Shown here: positions 15,544 through 22,314 of the stretch, one piece after another
How the letters are laid out: each line of letters begins with the position of its first letter
Position numbering within the stretch: position 1 is the stretch's first letter
Assembly (NCBI GenBank): GCA_027031765.1
Contig: JALVPN010000223.1
Span: 1 to 22,314, forward strand
Reading direction: 5' to 3'
DNA length: 22,314 nt
DNA from: Promethearchaeota archaeon
Lineage (GTDB): Archaea; Asgardarchaeota; Thorarchaeia; Thorarchaeales; Thorarchaeaceae
The notes under the pieces: model-generated
Databases searched by the model: none
Seen by the model: only the letters and a program-made list of their open reading frames with translations
Told to the model about the DNA's origin: nothing
Translations under genes and position numbers: made by a program

Positions 15544-17937
15544 ATGTGGACTGACTGCACCATGTGCCCGACACCCTCCGGAGAAGACCACTCCCGCCCT
15601 GAGATATGGACACTGTTACGGCCGTGCAATGAGATACTCCAGGCTGTAGCCGAGGGCATCGCTGTCACGGATGTGGAGGAAGCGCTCGTCTACGTGAACG
15701 ACAAGATGGCCGCTATGCTGGGATATGGGGCTGAAGAGATTGTAGGACAGCAGGTGGAGTCATTCCTCGACGAAGAGAACAGGCGGGTGCTGCAGGAAGA
15801 GAACACAAAGCGTCAGCTGGGCCAGTCCTCAACGTACAGGCTTGTGTGGACATGCAGTGACGGAAGGCAGCTGCCAACGCGCGTCTCGGGGACGCCGCTC
15901 CTCGACAGGGAGGGGAAGTGCTGCGGCACACTGGCAGTGGTCACAGATATATCAGAGCAGGAACGTCTGGAGGCCACCCTTGAGAAGGAACGGCAGGTGC
16001 TGAGGGACATAGCCGACGCAGCACTGCACTCTGACACGGTCTCTGAGCTCTGTAATCATGTACTAGACGCCCTCATGGGCGTACTCTCATACAGGTATGG
16101 TGTGATGAGGTTGCCCACTGTTGAGGGGCAGGCGCTGAGGCTCGTTGCGGTGCAGAGCCACACCCTGCATGAGGTACGGCTCACACCCCCAATGGTACCT
16201 CTGGGGGCCGACGACCCTGCAGTGGTGGCGTACCTCTCCGGAAAGGCGGTCATAGTGCACGATACCAACACTGCTGATACCGACCCGAGGGTGGGACGGT
16301 GGTGCCAGCAGCTCTCGAAACGGTCAGTCATTGCATGGCCAGTAGCGGGTGCCGAGGGCCGGGGGATTGGGGTCATTGTCTTTGCCAACGACTTGCCCGT
16401 TGCCATCAGCAAGGAGGAGGAACGCTTCATCAGCAATATTGTCGAGATGATTGCAGCTGCACTCGAACGTACCGAGATGGGAGAGCACCTCAGGGACTCT
16501 GAAGAACGGTACAGGGCCCTTGCAGAACAGTCCCCTCAGGGGATTGTAATCTATGACAGGGAGAAGGTGGTCTACGCGAACCCTGCTGCTGCAAGGACGC
16601 TGGCCCTGAGTGTAGAGGAGACCATGCGGCTCAGTGTGAAGGAGCTGACGGCATTTGTGCACCCGGACGACAGGAGGGAGGTGGCAAGGAAGTTCGGACG
16701 GGTACTTGACGGCTGGGCGCCACGTGCTGCTATGGAGTGTAGGGCAACGGCTGCGGACGGCTCGGTCAGGTGGTTGGAACTGTTCGGCAGTTCAATCGAG
16801 TATGCCGGGCGGCGTGTTGTCCAGGTGCTCATAGTGGACGTCACGGAGATGCGCGTACTGGAGGAGGCCCACAGGGCCACGACCCGCCGCCTGAGGAGCC
16901 TGTTCAGTGTGATACCAGACCCAATCTTTGCCCTGGACTCAGAGGGACGTGTGGTGACCATGAACAGGCAGGCACTTGCACAACACCGCCTTGAGGATGC
17001 CGGGCCGACGCTCCATAGACCATTCACTGAGTTTGTCGTGCCGGAAGACCGGGAACGGTATGTTGCAGACATGAGACGCGTACTTGAAACAGGCCGGCCA
17101 CTCCGGGCCGAGTACAGAATGCTCAGACGCGATGGCACAGACTACTATGCCGAGGTGAACATGGCCGTGACCGCAGGTGAACCTGGTGGGAGCGAGGGCG
17201 TTGTGGTCGTAGTACGTGACATGACCCAGAGGCGTGAGATGGAACAGCGTGTGCAGGAGGCCCGGGACAGGGCCCTCCTGTATCTTGACATCCTCTGCCA
17301 TGATGTGAGGAACCACCTCCAAGTCATGGTCGGGTGCACGGGCCTGCTGCGTGAGGCCAAGGACGACAGCGAGCGCTCACACCTGCTTGACCTACTTGAC
17401 AACGCGTTCGGACGCGTCGCAGGCCTGATAGAGAAAGTGGACATGACCGAAAAGCTACAGGAGGCGGAGATGCACCCCGTGCGGCTCGTCGCAGAACTCT
17501 GGGAGTGTATCCGCATCGTGCGAAGAGAGTTCCCGGACACAGAGGTGATATACGAGGGCCGGACAGACGAGGGTACCATCTGCGGCGACGAGTTCGTCAG
17601 GGCACTCCTGCTGGGAATCCTGCGGAACGCCATTGTCCACAACACGGTCAGACACGACAGACGAGTGTGGGTAACGCTTGACAAAGACCGTGGTGGCTAC
17701 GTGCTGAGGGTCGCGGACAACGGGCCGGGAATTCCAGACAAGCGCAAGACCATGTTGTTCGACTCGTCGAGGCGTTTTGGCGGTGTCGGCCTTCACCTCG
17801 TCAAGCAAATCGTGGACAAGTACAACGGCACGATACAAGTACGAGACCGCGTGCATGGCGACCCGACACAGGGCGCCGAGTTTGTGCTGTGGCTGCCAGT
17901 AGCCCCAGCCGACAGGAGGTGTGTCCGGGAGGTCTGA
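15544..17937 (+). CDS. PAS-GAF-PAS-PAS sensor histidine kinase
   Basis: Three PAS/PAC repeats (YVNDKMAAMLGY...SDG; YANPAA...VHPDD...ADG; MNRQA...VVPEDR...RRDG) and a GAF domain (VIVHD...SVIAWPV...IGVIVF). H-box CHDVRNHLQ, N-box ILRNAIVHN, G1 DNGPGIPD, G2 RRFGGVGL. The start is uncertain (15544 or 15562). Confidence 0.93.
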   Translation: MWTDCTMCPTPSGEDHSRPEIWTLLRPCNEILQAVAEGIAVTDVEEALVYVNDKMAAMLGYGAEEIVGQQVESFLDEENRRVLQEENTKRQLGQSSTYRLVWTCSDGRQLPTRVSGTPLLDREGKCCGTLAVVTDISEQERLEATLEKERQVLRDIADAALHSDTVSELCNHVLDALMGVLSYRYGVMRLPTVEGQALRLVAVQSHTLHEVRLTPPMVPLGADDPAVVAYLSGKAVIVHDTNTADTDPRVGRWCQQLSKRSVIAWPVAGAEGRGIGVIVFANDLPVAISKEEERFISNIVEMIAAALERTEMGEHLRDSEERYRALAEQSPQGIVIYDREKVVYANPAAARTLALSVEETMRLSVKELTAFVHPDDRREVARKFGRVLDGWAPRAAMECRATAADGSVRWLELFGSSIEYAGRRVVQVLIVDVTEMRVLEEAHRATTRRLRSLFSVIPDPIFALDSEGRVVTMNRQALAQHRLEDAGPTLHRPFTEFVVPEDRERYVADMRRVLETGRPLRAEYRMLRRDGTDYYAEVNMAVTAGEPGGSEGVVVVVRDMTQRREMEQRVQEARDRALLYLDILCHDVRNHLQVMVGCTGLLREAKDDSERSHLLDLLDNAFGRVAGLIEKVDMTEKLQEAEMHPVRLVAELWECIRIVRREFPDTEVIYEGRTDEGTICGDEFVRALLLGILRNAIVHNTVRHDRRVWVTLDKDRGGYVLRVADNGPGIPDKRKTMLFDSSRRFGGVGLHLVKQIVDKYNGTIQVRDRVHGDPTQGAEFVLWLPVAPADRRCVREV

Positions 17938-17991
17938 GAGTGAGTGTCGTGGGCCGTGGCACCGGTCAGGGACGGTGTGTTATACAGACGG

Positions 17992-18651
17992 TCATGACAC
18001 TGGAGAGTGGTGACGCGACATACGTGGCGGCCGCCATGCCCTGAACTCATCAACGCGGGACAGGTACTCTTCGTAGCGCGACGCCGGGAACATCACAAAA
18101 CGGCACACAGGGTCACCTGACACCTCGCACATAACCTCTATTGCATCAAGTGGCATGTCAGTCGCGACAGAGCACCACCCTGAGGAGTAACCCCTGTTGA
18201 AATCACATATCGGGGCACGTGCGACCCGGCCCGCCTGCCCCCACAGCTGGGCCTCAAAGTTCAGCGGGTGCTCATAGAAGAGGATGAAGTCCTTGTCCGC
18301 GACAATCTTGGAGCCAGGCAGCAGCCGCACGCGGACGAACCCAGCGTATGCAGCCCACACGGGCCCTGCGAGCAACCTCTCCTCAACGGTCTCCAGGCCG
18401 AGGCGTGGCAGCAGGCGGTGAGCCTCACCCATGCCGATAGAATGTCCAAAACGGTACATTATGGCAGACACATCTTCAGCGTCCAAGGACCTCGCCAGCT
18501 CGTCTTTCAGGGAGATGGCAATCGCCTTGAGACCGATGAACATCACCGGGTCGCCGAGCAGGTAGATGCGGGCCTGCTGCGGTAAGTACGAGAGGTGGTT
18601 GCGCATGATGTCCTCATATTTTGCCTCTATGGACTCGATGACTGGATGCAT
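17992..18651 (-). CDS. Stand-alone XylR_N/V4R (4-vinyl reductase) small-molecule-sensing domain protein
   Basis: IYLLGDPVMFI, IMYRFGHSIG, AGPVWAAYAG, NFEAQLW, PICDFNRGYSSGW, EVMCEVSGDPVCRF (V4R Cys/Glu metal site). The start is uncertain: the track's 18786 lies upstream of a TATA at 18744-18749, so ATG 18651 or a nearby GTG is preferred. Confidence 0.85.
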   Translation of the reverse strand: MHPVIESIEAKYEDIMRNHLSYLPQQARIYLLGDPVMFIGLKAIAISLKDELARSLDAEDVSAIMYRFGHSIGMGEAHRLLPRLGLETVEERLLAGPVWAAYAGFVRVRLLPGSKIVADKDFILFYEHPLNFEAQLWGQAGRVARAPICDFNRGYSSGWCSVATDMPLDAIEVMCEVSGDPVCRFVMFPASRYEEYLSRVDEFRAWRPPRMSRHHSPVS

Positions 18652-18743
18652 CTCTAGCGGGGCATCAACAGTCCTGGGCAGTACACTCACGCTCCTTGGA
18701 CAGGCGGCCACACGCCGTGCGATAGTTGTGCTGGCAGCCGGCG

Positions 18744-18749
18744 ATATAA
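18744..18749 (-). promoter_or_regulatory. Putative TATA box for the V4R gene
   Basis: TTATAT on the minus strand, downstream of the hypC stop and upstream of the V4R homology region. Confidence 0.45.
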
Positions 18750-18801
18750 GTAGTTCCTGTACAGCACCCTGTGGGGCCCTGGACACACAGGGAGGGGCTG
18801 C

Positions 18802-19047
18802 CTAGGCGGTGTTGCCGGAGGGCCCCGACTCCATCATGCGGGCCATTTCCTCAAAGAGTGCGAGGGTCTTCTTCGCCTCCTCGGGCTTCATCCGCTCGAT
18901 TGCGTAGCCCGTATGGACAATGACGTACTCACCGACCCTAACACCGGGCACCAGAGAGATGCAGACCTTCTTCTTGACCCCCCCGAACTCGACCTCTGCG
19001 TAGTCCCCGTCAATCCGTTCTACAAGGCCAGGTACTGCAAGACACAT
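18802..19047 (-). CDS. hypC: [NiFe]-hydrogenase maturation chaperone HypC/HybG/HupF
   Basis: MCLAVPG N-terminus (Cys2), VGEYVIVHTGYAI, C-terminal helix EEAKKTLALF; 81 aa. Confidence 0.97.
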   Translation of the reverse strand: MCLAVPGLVERIDGDYAEVEFGGVKKKVCISLVPGVRVGEYVIVHTGYAIERMKPEEAKKTLALFEEMARMMESGPSGNTA

Positions 19048-19153
19048 GGTGGGTCACACACCCAGATGGGCCCGCCTCTGCTTTAGAGTCTTGTGAAGCG
19101 CACATATGGGGCATGAGGGGTGCTTGGGCATGCACCGGGTGGATGTCAGGGTG

Positions 19154-20257
19154 TCAGCTCACAGGTCCCCAGCAGATGCCCAGCTCCGTCGCAGCCTCAA
19201 AGGCCCGCCGCATCTCGTCACTGTGTACATGGCGGCGGATGTCAGGGTAACGGTCGGGGTCACGCAGGACCTTGTGCTCAGGCCGGTACTGGCCCATGAT
19301 GTTGACCATGCAGTCGGGCATGTTCTCCGCGACCCACTCGAGTATCGGGAGGGTGCAGCACTCCACATGGTTCGGTAGCACCAGGTGGCGGATGATCACC
19401 TCGCCGTTCTCATAGGCGGTCAGGTGGTTCCGTGCCACGACCCTGAAGTAGTCCTTCACATGTGAGAGGCGCTCTGCACACCTGTCATTGCCGTACTTGA
19501 AGTCTGGGAGCCACACATCGACAAGGTCACTGATGAGCTGCATTGTCTCAGTTGAACAGTAGAGGTTCGAGTTCCACAGCTGCGTCACGTTGTCCTGTTG
19601 GTGGAGCATGGACTCTATGATTGTGTGCGTGTTCGGGATCGGGTCGCCACCCACGTAGTTGATATTGAGTGCACCGTCGAGGCAGAGGGACTGTGCAATT
19701 GCGGCGAGGTGCTCTGCATCAACGACACGGCCTGCACGTGGATTTGTCGAGATGTCGTCGTTCTGACAGAACACGCAGCCAAAACAGCACGATGCGAAGA
19801 AAATGGTGCCTGACGGTACTAGCGGGGCCTCTTCACCGGTGTGCAGGAACGCAGACGACACCCTCGACTCTTTCCCAAGGCCACACCAGCCGGTCTCGCC
19901 ACGCGAACGGTCTGCACCGCAGCGCCGCTCACAGAAGTGACACTCCCTGAGGATGCGCCGTGCAATCTCAGCCTTCAGGTGGAGGAACGAGACCCCTGGC
20001 CGTTCGTCCTCCGGCACACGCGGGCCACCAGCGTCCACGCTCGCAAGGTAGTCACGGAACCGGCTGCTCAGCTGTGCGTGTTCCTCCCATAGACGTGCTG
20101 TCGACTCGTCAAGGGGTATGCTGCACTCGATGTCGCGCGCGAGGAGGTACTTGGCCCAACGTGTCCCATCAATGATACCGCGGTACCGGGCAAGGCGTCG
20201 CCGTGCCTCCGGGTCACGCCACACCCGTGATGCGTCAGGTCGTAGTAGCCGCCACAT
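19154..20257 (-). CDS. Radical SAM protein, PflX (COG1313)-like, function unknown
   Basis: Auxiliary Cys cluster CHFCERRCGADR...GWC; HTGEEAPLVPSGTIFF; CxxxCxxC as CCFGCVFCQN; NINYVGGDP; WNSNLY; PDFKYGN; IIRHLVLPNH; NIMGQYRP. Confidence 0.9.
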   Translation of the reverse strand: MWRLLRPDASRVWRDPEARRRLARYRGIIDGTRWAKYLLARDIECSIPLDESTARLWEEHAQLSSRFRDYLASVDAGGPRVPEDERPGVSFLHLKAEIARRILRECHFCERRCGADRSRGETGWCGLGKESRVSSAFLHTGEEAPLVPSGTIFFASCCFGCVFCQNDDISTNPRAGRVVDAEHLAAIAQSLCLDGALNINYVGGDPIPNTHTIIESMLHQQDNVTQLWNSNLYCSTETMQLISDLVDVWLPDFKYGNDRCAERLSHVKDYFRVVARNHLTAYENGEVIIRHLVLPNHVECCTLPILEWVAENMPDCMVNIMGQYRPEHKVLRDPDRYPDIRRHVHSDEMRRAFEAATELGICWGPVS

Positions 20258-20285
20258 CGTGCTCCACTATCATTGTACTGAGCAG

Positions 20286-20291
20286 ATAAAA
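20286..20291 (-). promoter_or_regulatory. Putative TATA box for the pflX-like gene
   Basis: TTTTAT on the minus strand 29 nt upstream of ATG 20257; GGAG 4 nt before the ATG. Confidence 0.5.
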
Positions 20292-20426
20292 GTGTAGACA
20301 GTGCAACAGCCGTCTTGGCCTGGACCAGTCCCCGGGGTGCTGTGTCAGGGGCACTGTGAGACCAATAGGGTAGACACGAGGCCCAAAGAGTGGGGTGTCC
20401 ACGGTGACCTGCAACAGGACCACACA

Positions 20427-21392
20427 TCAGACGAACACGACAGGGTGGTCGCCGCCCACCAGCAGTACGTATTCAAGCGTTGCGGCGAGGACTGCACAGC
20501 GCAGCTGCAGCCAGTCATGCAGCCGGCCGCTCGACTCAAGGGCACTGGCGCTGACCGAGAGGCCGAGTTCCACAGGGGGCTCCATGAGCAGGACGGCGTC
20601 CCCGGGCAGCACCTCGGGTGAGATATACCAGTCGCGGTACTGCCTCGCATGTGCGGTGCCCCGTTCAGGGTGCAGGAAGTCCTCAAGTCTGCACCAGTTC
20701 TCTGCGACGACCACGTCCACACCATCAAGGCCGGCCCCGAAGTCGTGGTAGAGCTCGACGTGCCCAGCCTGTCGGGCACCACGCACCGCCCGGCCGGACA
20801 GTGGGAACCCCTTCGGAGAGACGACCCTTACGCTGGCCCCGAGCAGGGCTGCTGCGACCACCAGGCTGTGCGCGGTTGTCGGGAGGACGGCCCGGGTGCC
20901 AAATGTCCACGTGACTGCAATCTTGGTGCCGGCAACCCTACCAAGGGACTGTTGTACTGCAAGGAGGTGGGCGAGGGCAGCCTGGTTCGCATACACATCG
21001 TCAGCGATGCTCACGATGTGACCTGCTGCTGCACCTGAGAAACGTTCGGTCAGCCTGCGCCCGGCGGCGAACGTCTGTCTGTCGACAATGGAGGTCAGCA
21101 GCACATCTGTGACACTGCTGGCCATGGTGATGTGCATGAGCAGTTCGTCGGAGGAGAGTGTGGGCAGTGGGGTGGGGGTGAGGTCTGTGACAGCAAGGCC
21201 TGCCCGGCCCGCGGTCGCCCCGACGACCATTGGCTCCACAGACTGGACACCCATGAACACCGTGCCGAGGAGGCGTGCACCGTGTCCTGAGAGAACACTG
21301 TAATGCGCGGGGTCACCGTAGAAGTGGAGTGCGCGCTCAATGATAGATGAGAGGCCCTGTGACCCGAGGTCAGCCAGTGTCACTACCACCAT
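20427..21392 (-). CDS. Aspartate/ornithine carbamoyltransferase-fold protein, knotted (AOTCase/YgeW-like) branch, catalytic motifs degenerate
   Basis: TLADL N-terminus; KIAVTWTF...AHSL...LGASVRVVSPKGFPL; GVDVVVAENW; QYRDWYI. The STRT, HPxQ and HCLP positions read roughly QSVE, YANQ and MEPP. Confidence 0.72.
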   Translation of the reverse strand: MVVVTLADLGSQGLSSIIERALHFYGDPAHYSVLSGHGARLLGTVFMGVQSVEPMVVGATAGRAGLAVTDLTPTPLPTLSSDELLMHITMASSVTDVLLTSIVDRQTFAAGRRLTERFSGAAAGHIVSIADDVYANQAALAHLLAVQQSLGRVAGTKIAVTWTFGTRAVLPTTAHSLVVAAALLGASVRVVSPKGFPLSGRAVRGARQAGHVELYHDFGAGLDGVDVVVAENWCRLEDFLHPERGTAHARQYRDWYISPEVLPGDAVLLMEPPVELGLSVSASALESSGRLHDWLQLRCAVLAATLEYVLLVGGDHPVVFV

Positions 21393-21484
21393 GACGACCC
21401 GTCCGTCAGTGTCTGAAGGGTGTGGACGGCTGTGGAGGGAAACAATTTCAAGCTAGTGGGTCGAGGACTGCCACAGTGGAGGCA

Positions 21485-22314
21485 ATGCCGGTCAACCCAA
21501 TCGACTATGGAAGGTACGGTCACCCCGACATGGTGGCAGTGTTCGAGGAGGAAACGCGGCACAGGCTGTGGCTGCTGGTCGAGGCCACTGTTGCGGAGGT
21601 GCAGGCAGAGCTCAGGCTCATCCCGGTGGCTGCTGCAGAGGACATTCGGGAAACCGCAGTCCCTGAAACCGTCACGCTGGAGCGGACAATGGAAATCGAA
21701 ACACGCACGAGACACGATGTGGCTGCGCTGTTCGAGGCGATTGCGGAGAAGTGCAGGGGAGAGGGTGCGAGGTGGGTGCACTTCGGCCTGACATCGAACG
21801 ACATCAAGGACACAGCCCTCGCACTCCAGATGAAGGCCGCCTTCGAGACCCTGCTCGAACAGCTGGACGGACTGGTCGAGACCTTGGTGGCGCTGGCACG
21901 GGGGCACAGAGACCTCCTTGCGGTTGGCCGTTCCCACGGGCAGCACGCCGTCCCCATCACCTACGGGATCCGGTTCTCGGTCTGGCTCGATGCGGTCAGG
22001 CGGCACCGTGAACGGCTGGTGGCGGCCATGGAGAGGGCGTGTGTTGGCAAGATAGCAGGGGCCACAGGCAGCCATGCCGCACTCGGGCCCATAGGCACTG
22101 AAGTGCAGTCGCGGGTGCTCAGACGCCTTGGCCTCGGAGTGCCGAACGCCACCACGCAGATTGTACAGAGGGACCGCCATGCTGAGGCCGTGTGCGCACT
22201 TGCAAACCTTGCTGCGACCATCGACAAGATGGCCACCGACCTGCGCAACCTCCAGAGGACAGAGATTGGGGAGACCAAAGAGCCCTTTGCCAGGGGCGAA
22301 CAGGTGGGCTCGTC
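21485..22314 (+). CDS. purB: Adenylosuccinate lyase, 3' end runs off the window
   Basis: Not in the ORF track; translated from ATG 21485 (GGAGG RBS): MPVNPIDYGRYG, TRHDVAA, WVHFGLTSNDIKDTA, GRSHGQHAVPITYG, GKIAGATGS, TQIVQRD, DLRNLQRTEIGE, ending QVGS at the start of the SSxMPxKxN signature. Confidence 0.96.
   Translation, partial: MPVNPIDYGRYGHPDMVAVFEEETRHRLWLLVEATVAEVQAELRLIPVAAAEDIRETAVPETVTLERTMEIETRTRHDVAALFEAIAEKCRGEGARWVHFGLTSNDIKDTALALQMKAAFETLLEQLDGLVETLVALARGHRDLLAVGRSHGQHAVPITYGIRFSVWLDAVRRHRERLVAAMERACVGKIAGATGSHAALGPIGTEVQSRVLRRLGLGVPNATTQIVQRDRHAEAVCALANLAATIDKMATDLRNLQRTEIGETKEPFARGEQVGS

Noticed and set aside
17978-17990. TTATA between the convergent kinase and V4R stops
   Set aside because: No ORF starts at a suitable distance; an antisense promoter or terminator role is unsupported.
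18652-18786. 45-aa N-terminal extension of the V4R ORF
   Set aside because: Contains the gene's probable TATA box and has no domain-like character.
21383-22180. 265-aa minus-strand ORF (and 21961..22278)
   Set aside because: Antisense to purB, which the track missed because it lacks a stop inside the window.

Overview
About 60% GC, gene-dense archaeal chromosomal window. The archaeal assignment rests on TATA-type promoters, GGAG/AGGTG ribosome-binding sites, and archaeal-type PflX, PurB and PAS kinase; an Asgard/Thorarchaeota-like origin is my inference, not proven. Sixteen credible CDSs, two of them truncated by the window edges and missing from the supplied ORF track: a secreted arylsulfate sulfotransferase (<1..992, -) and adenylosuccinate lyase (21485..>22314, +). 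The left two-thirds is a surface-glycosylation region: sulfotransferase, UDP-sugar dehydrogenase, a Gfo/Idh/MocA oxidoreductase with a G6PDH-like motif, a flippase, two GT4 glycosyltransferases and two paralogous multi-TM GT-C-like proteins with extracellular beta-rich tails. A GMN-less CorA-like membrane protein and a K+-independent pyruvate kinase interrupt it. The right third holds a PAS-GAF-PAS-PAS histidine kinase, a stand-alone XylR_N/V4R protein, an orphan hypC, a PflX-type radical SAM protein, a catalytically degenerate knotted transcarbamylase homolog and purB. I saw no rRNA, tRNA, CRISPR array or mobile element. The best candidates for undescribed biology are the twin GT-C/flippase/GT4 module with possible glycan sulfation, the transcarbamylase pseudoenzyme, the G6PDH-like oxidoreductase and the CorA-like protein. 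All family assignments come from motif recognition by eye; no searches were run.
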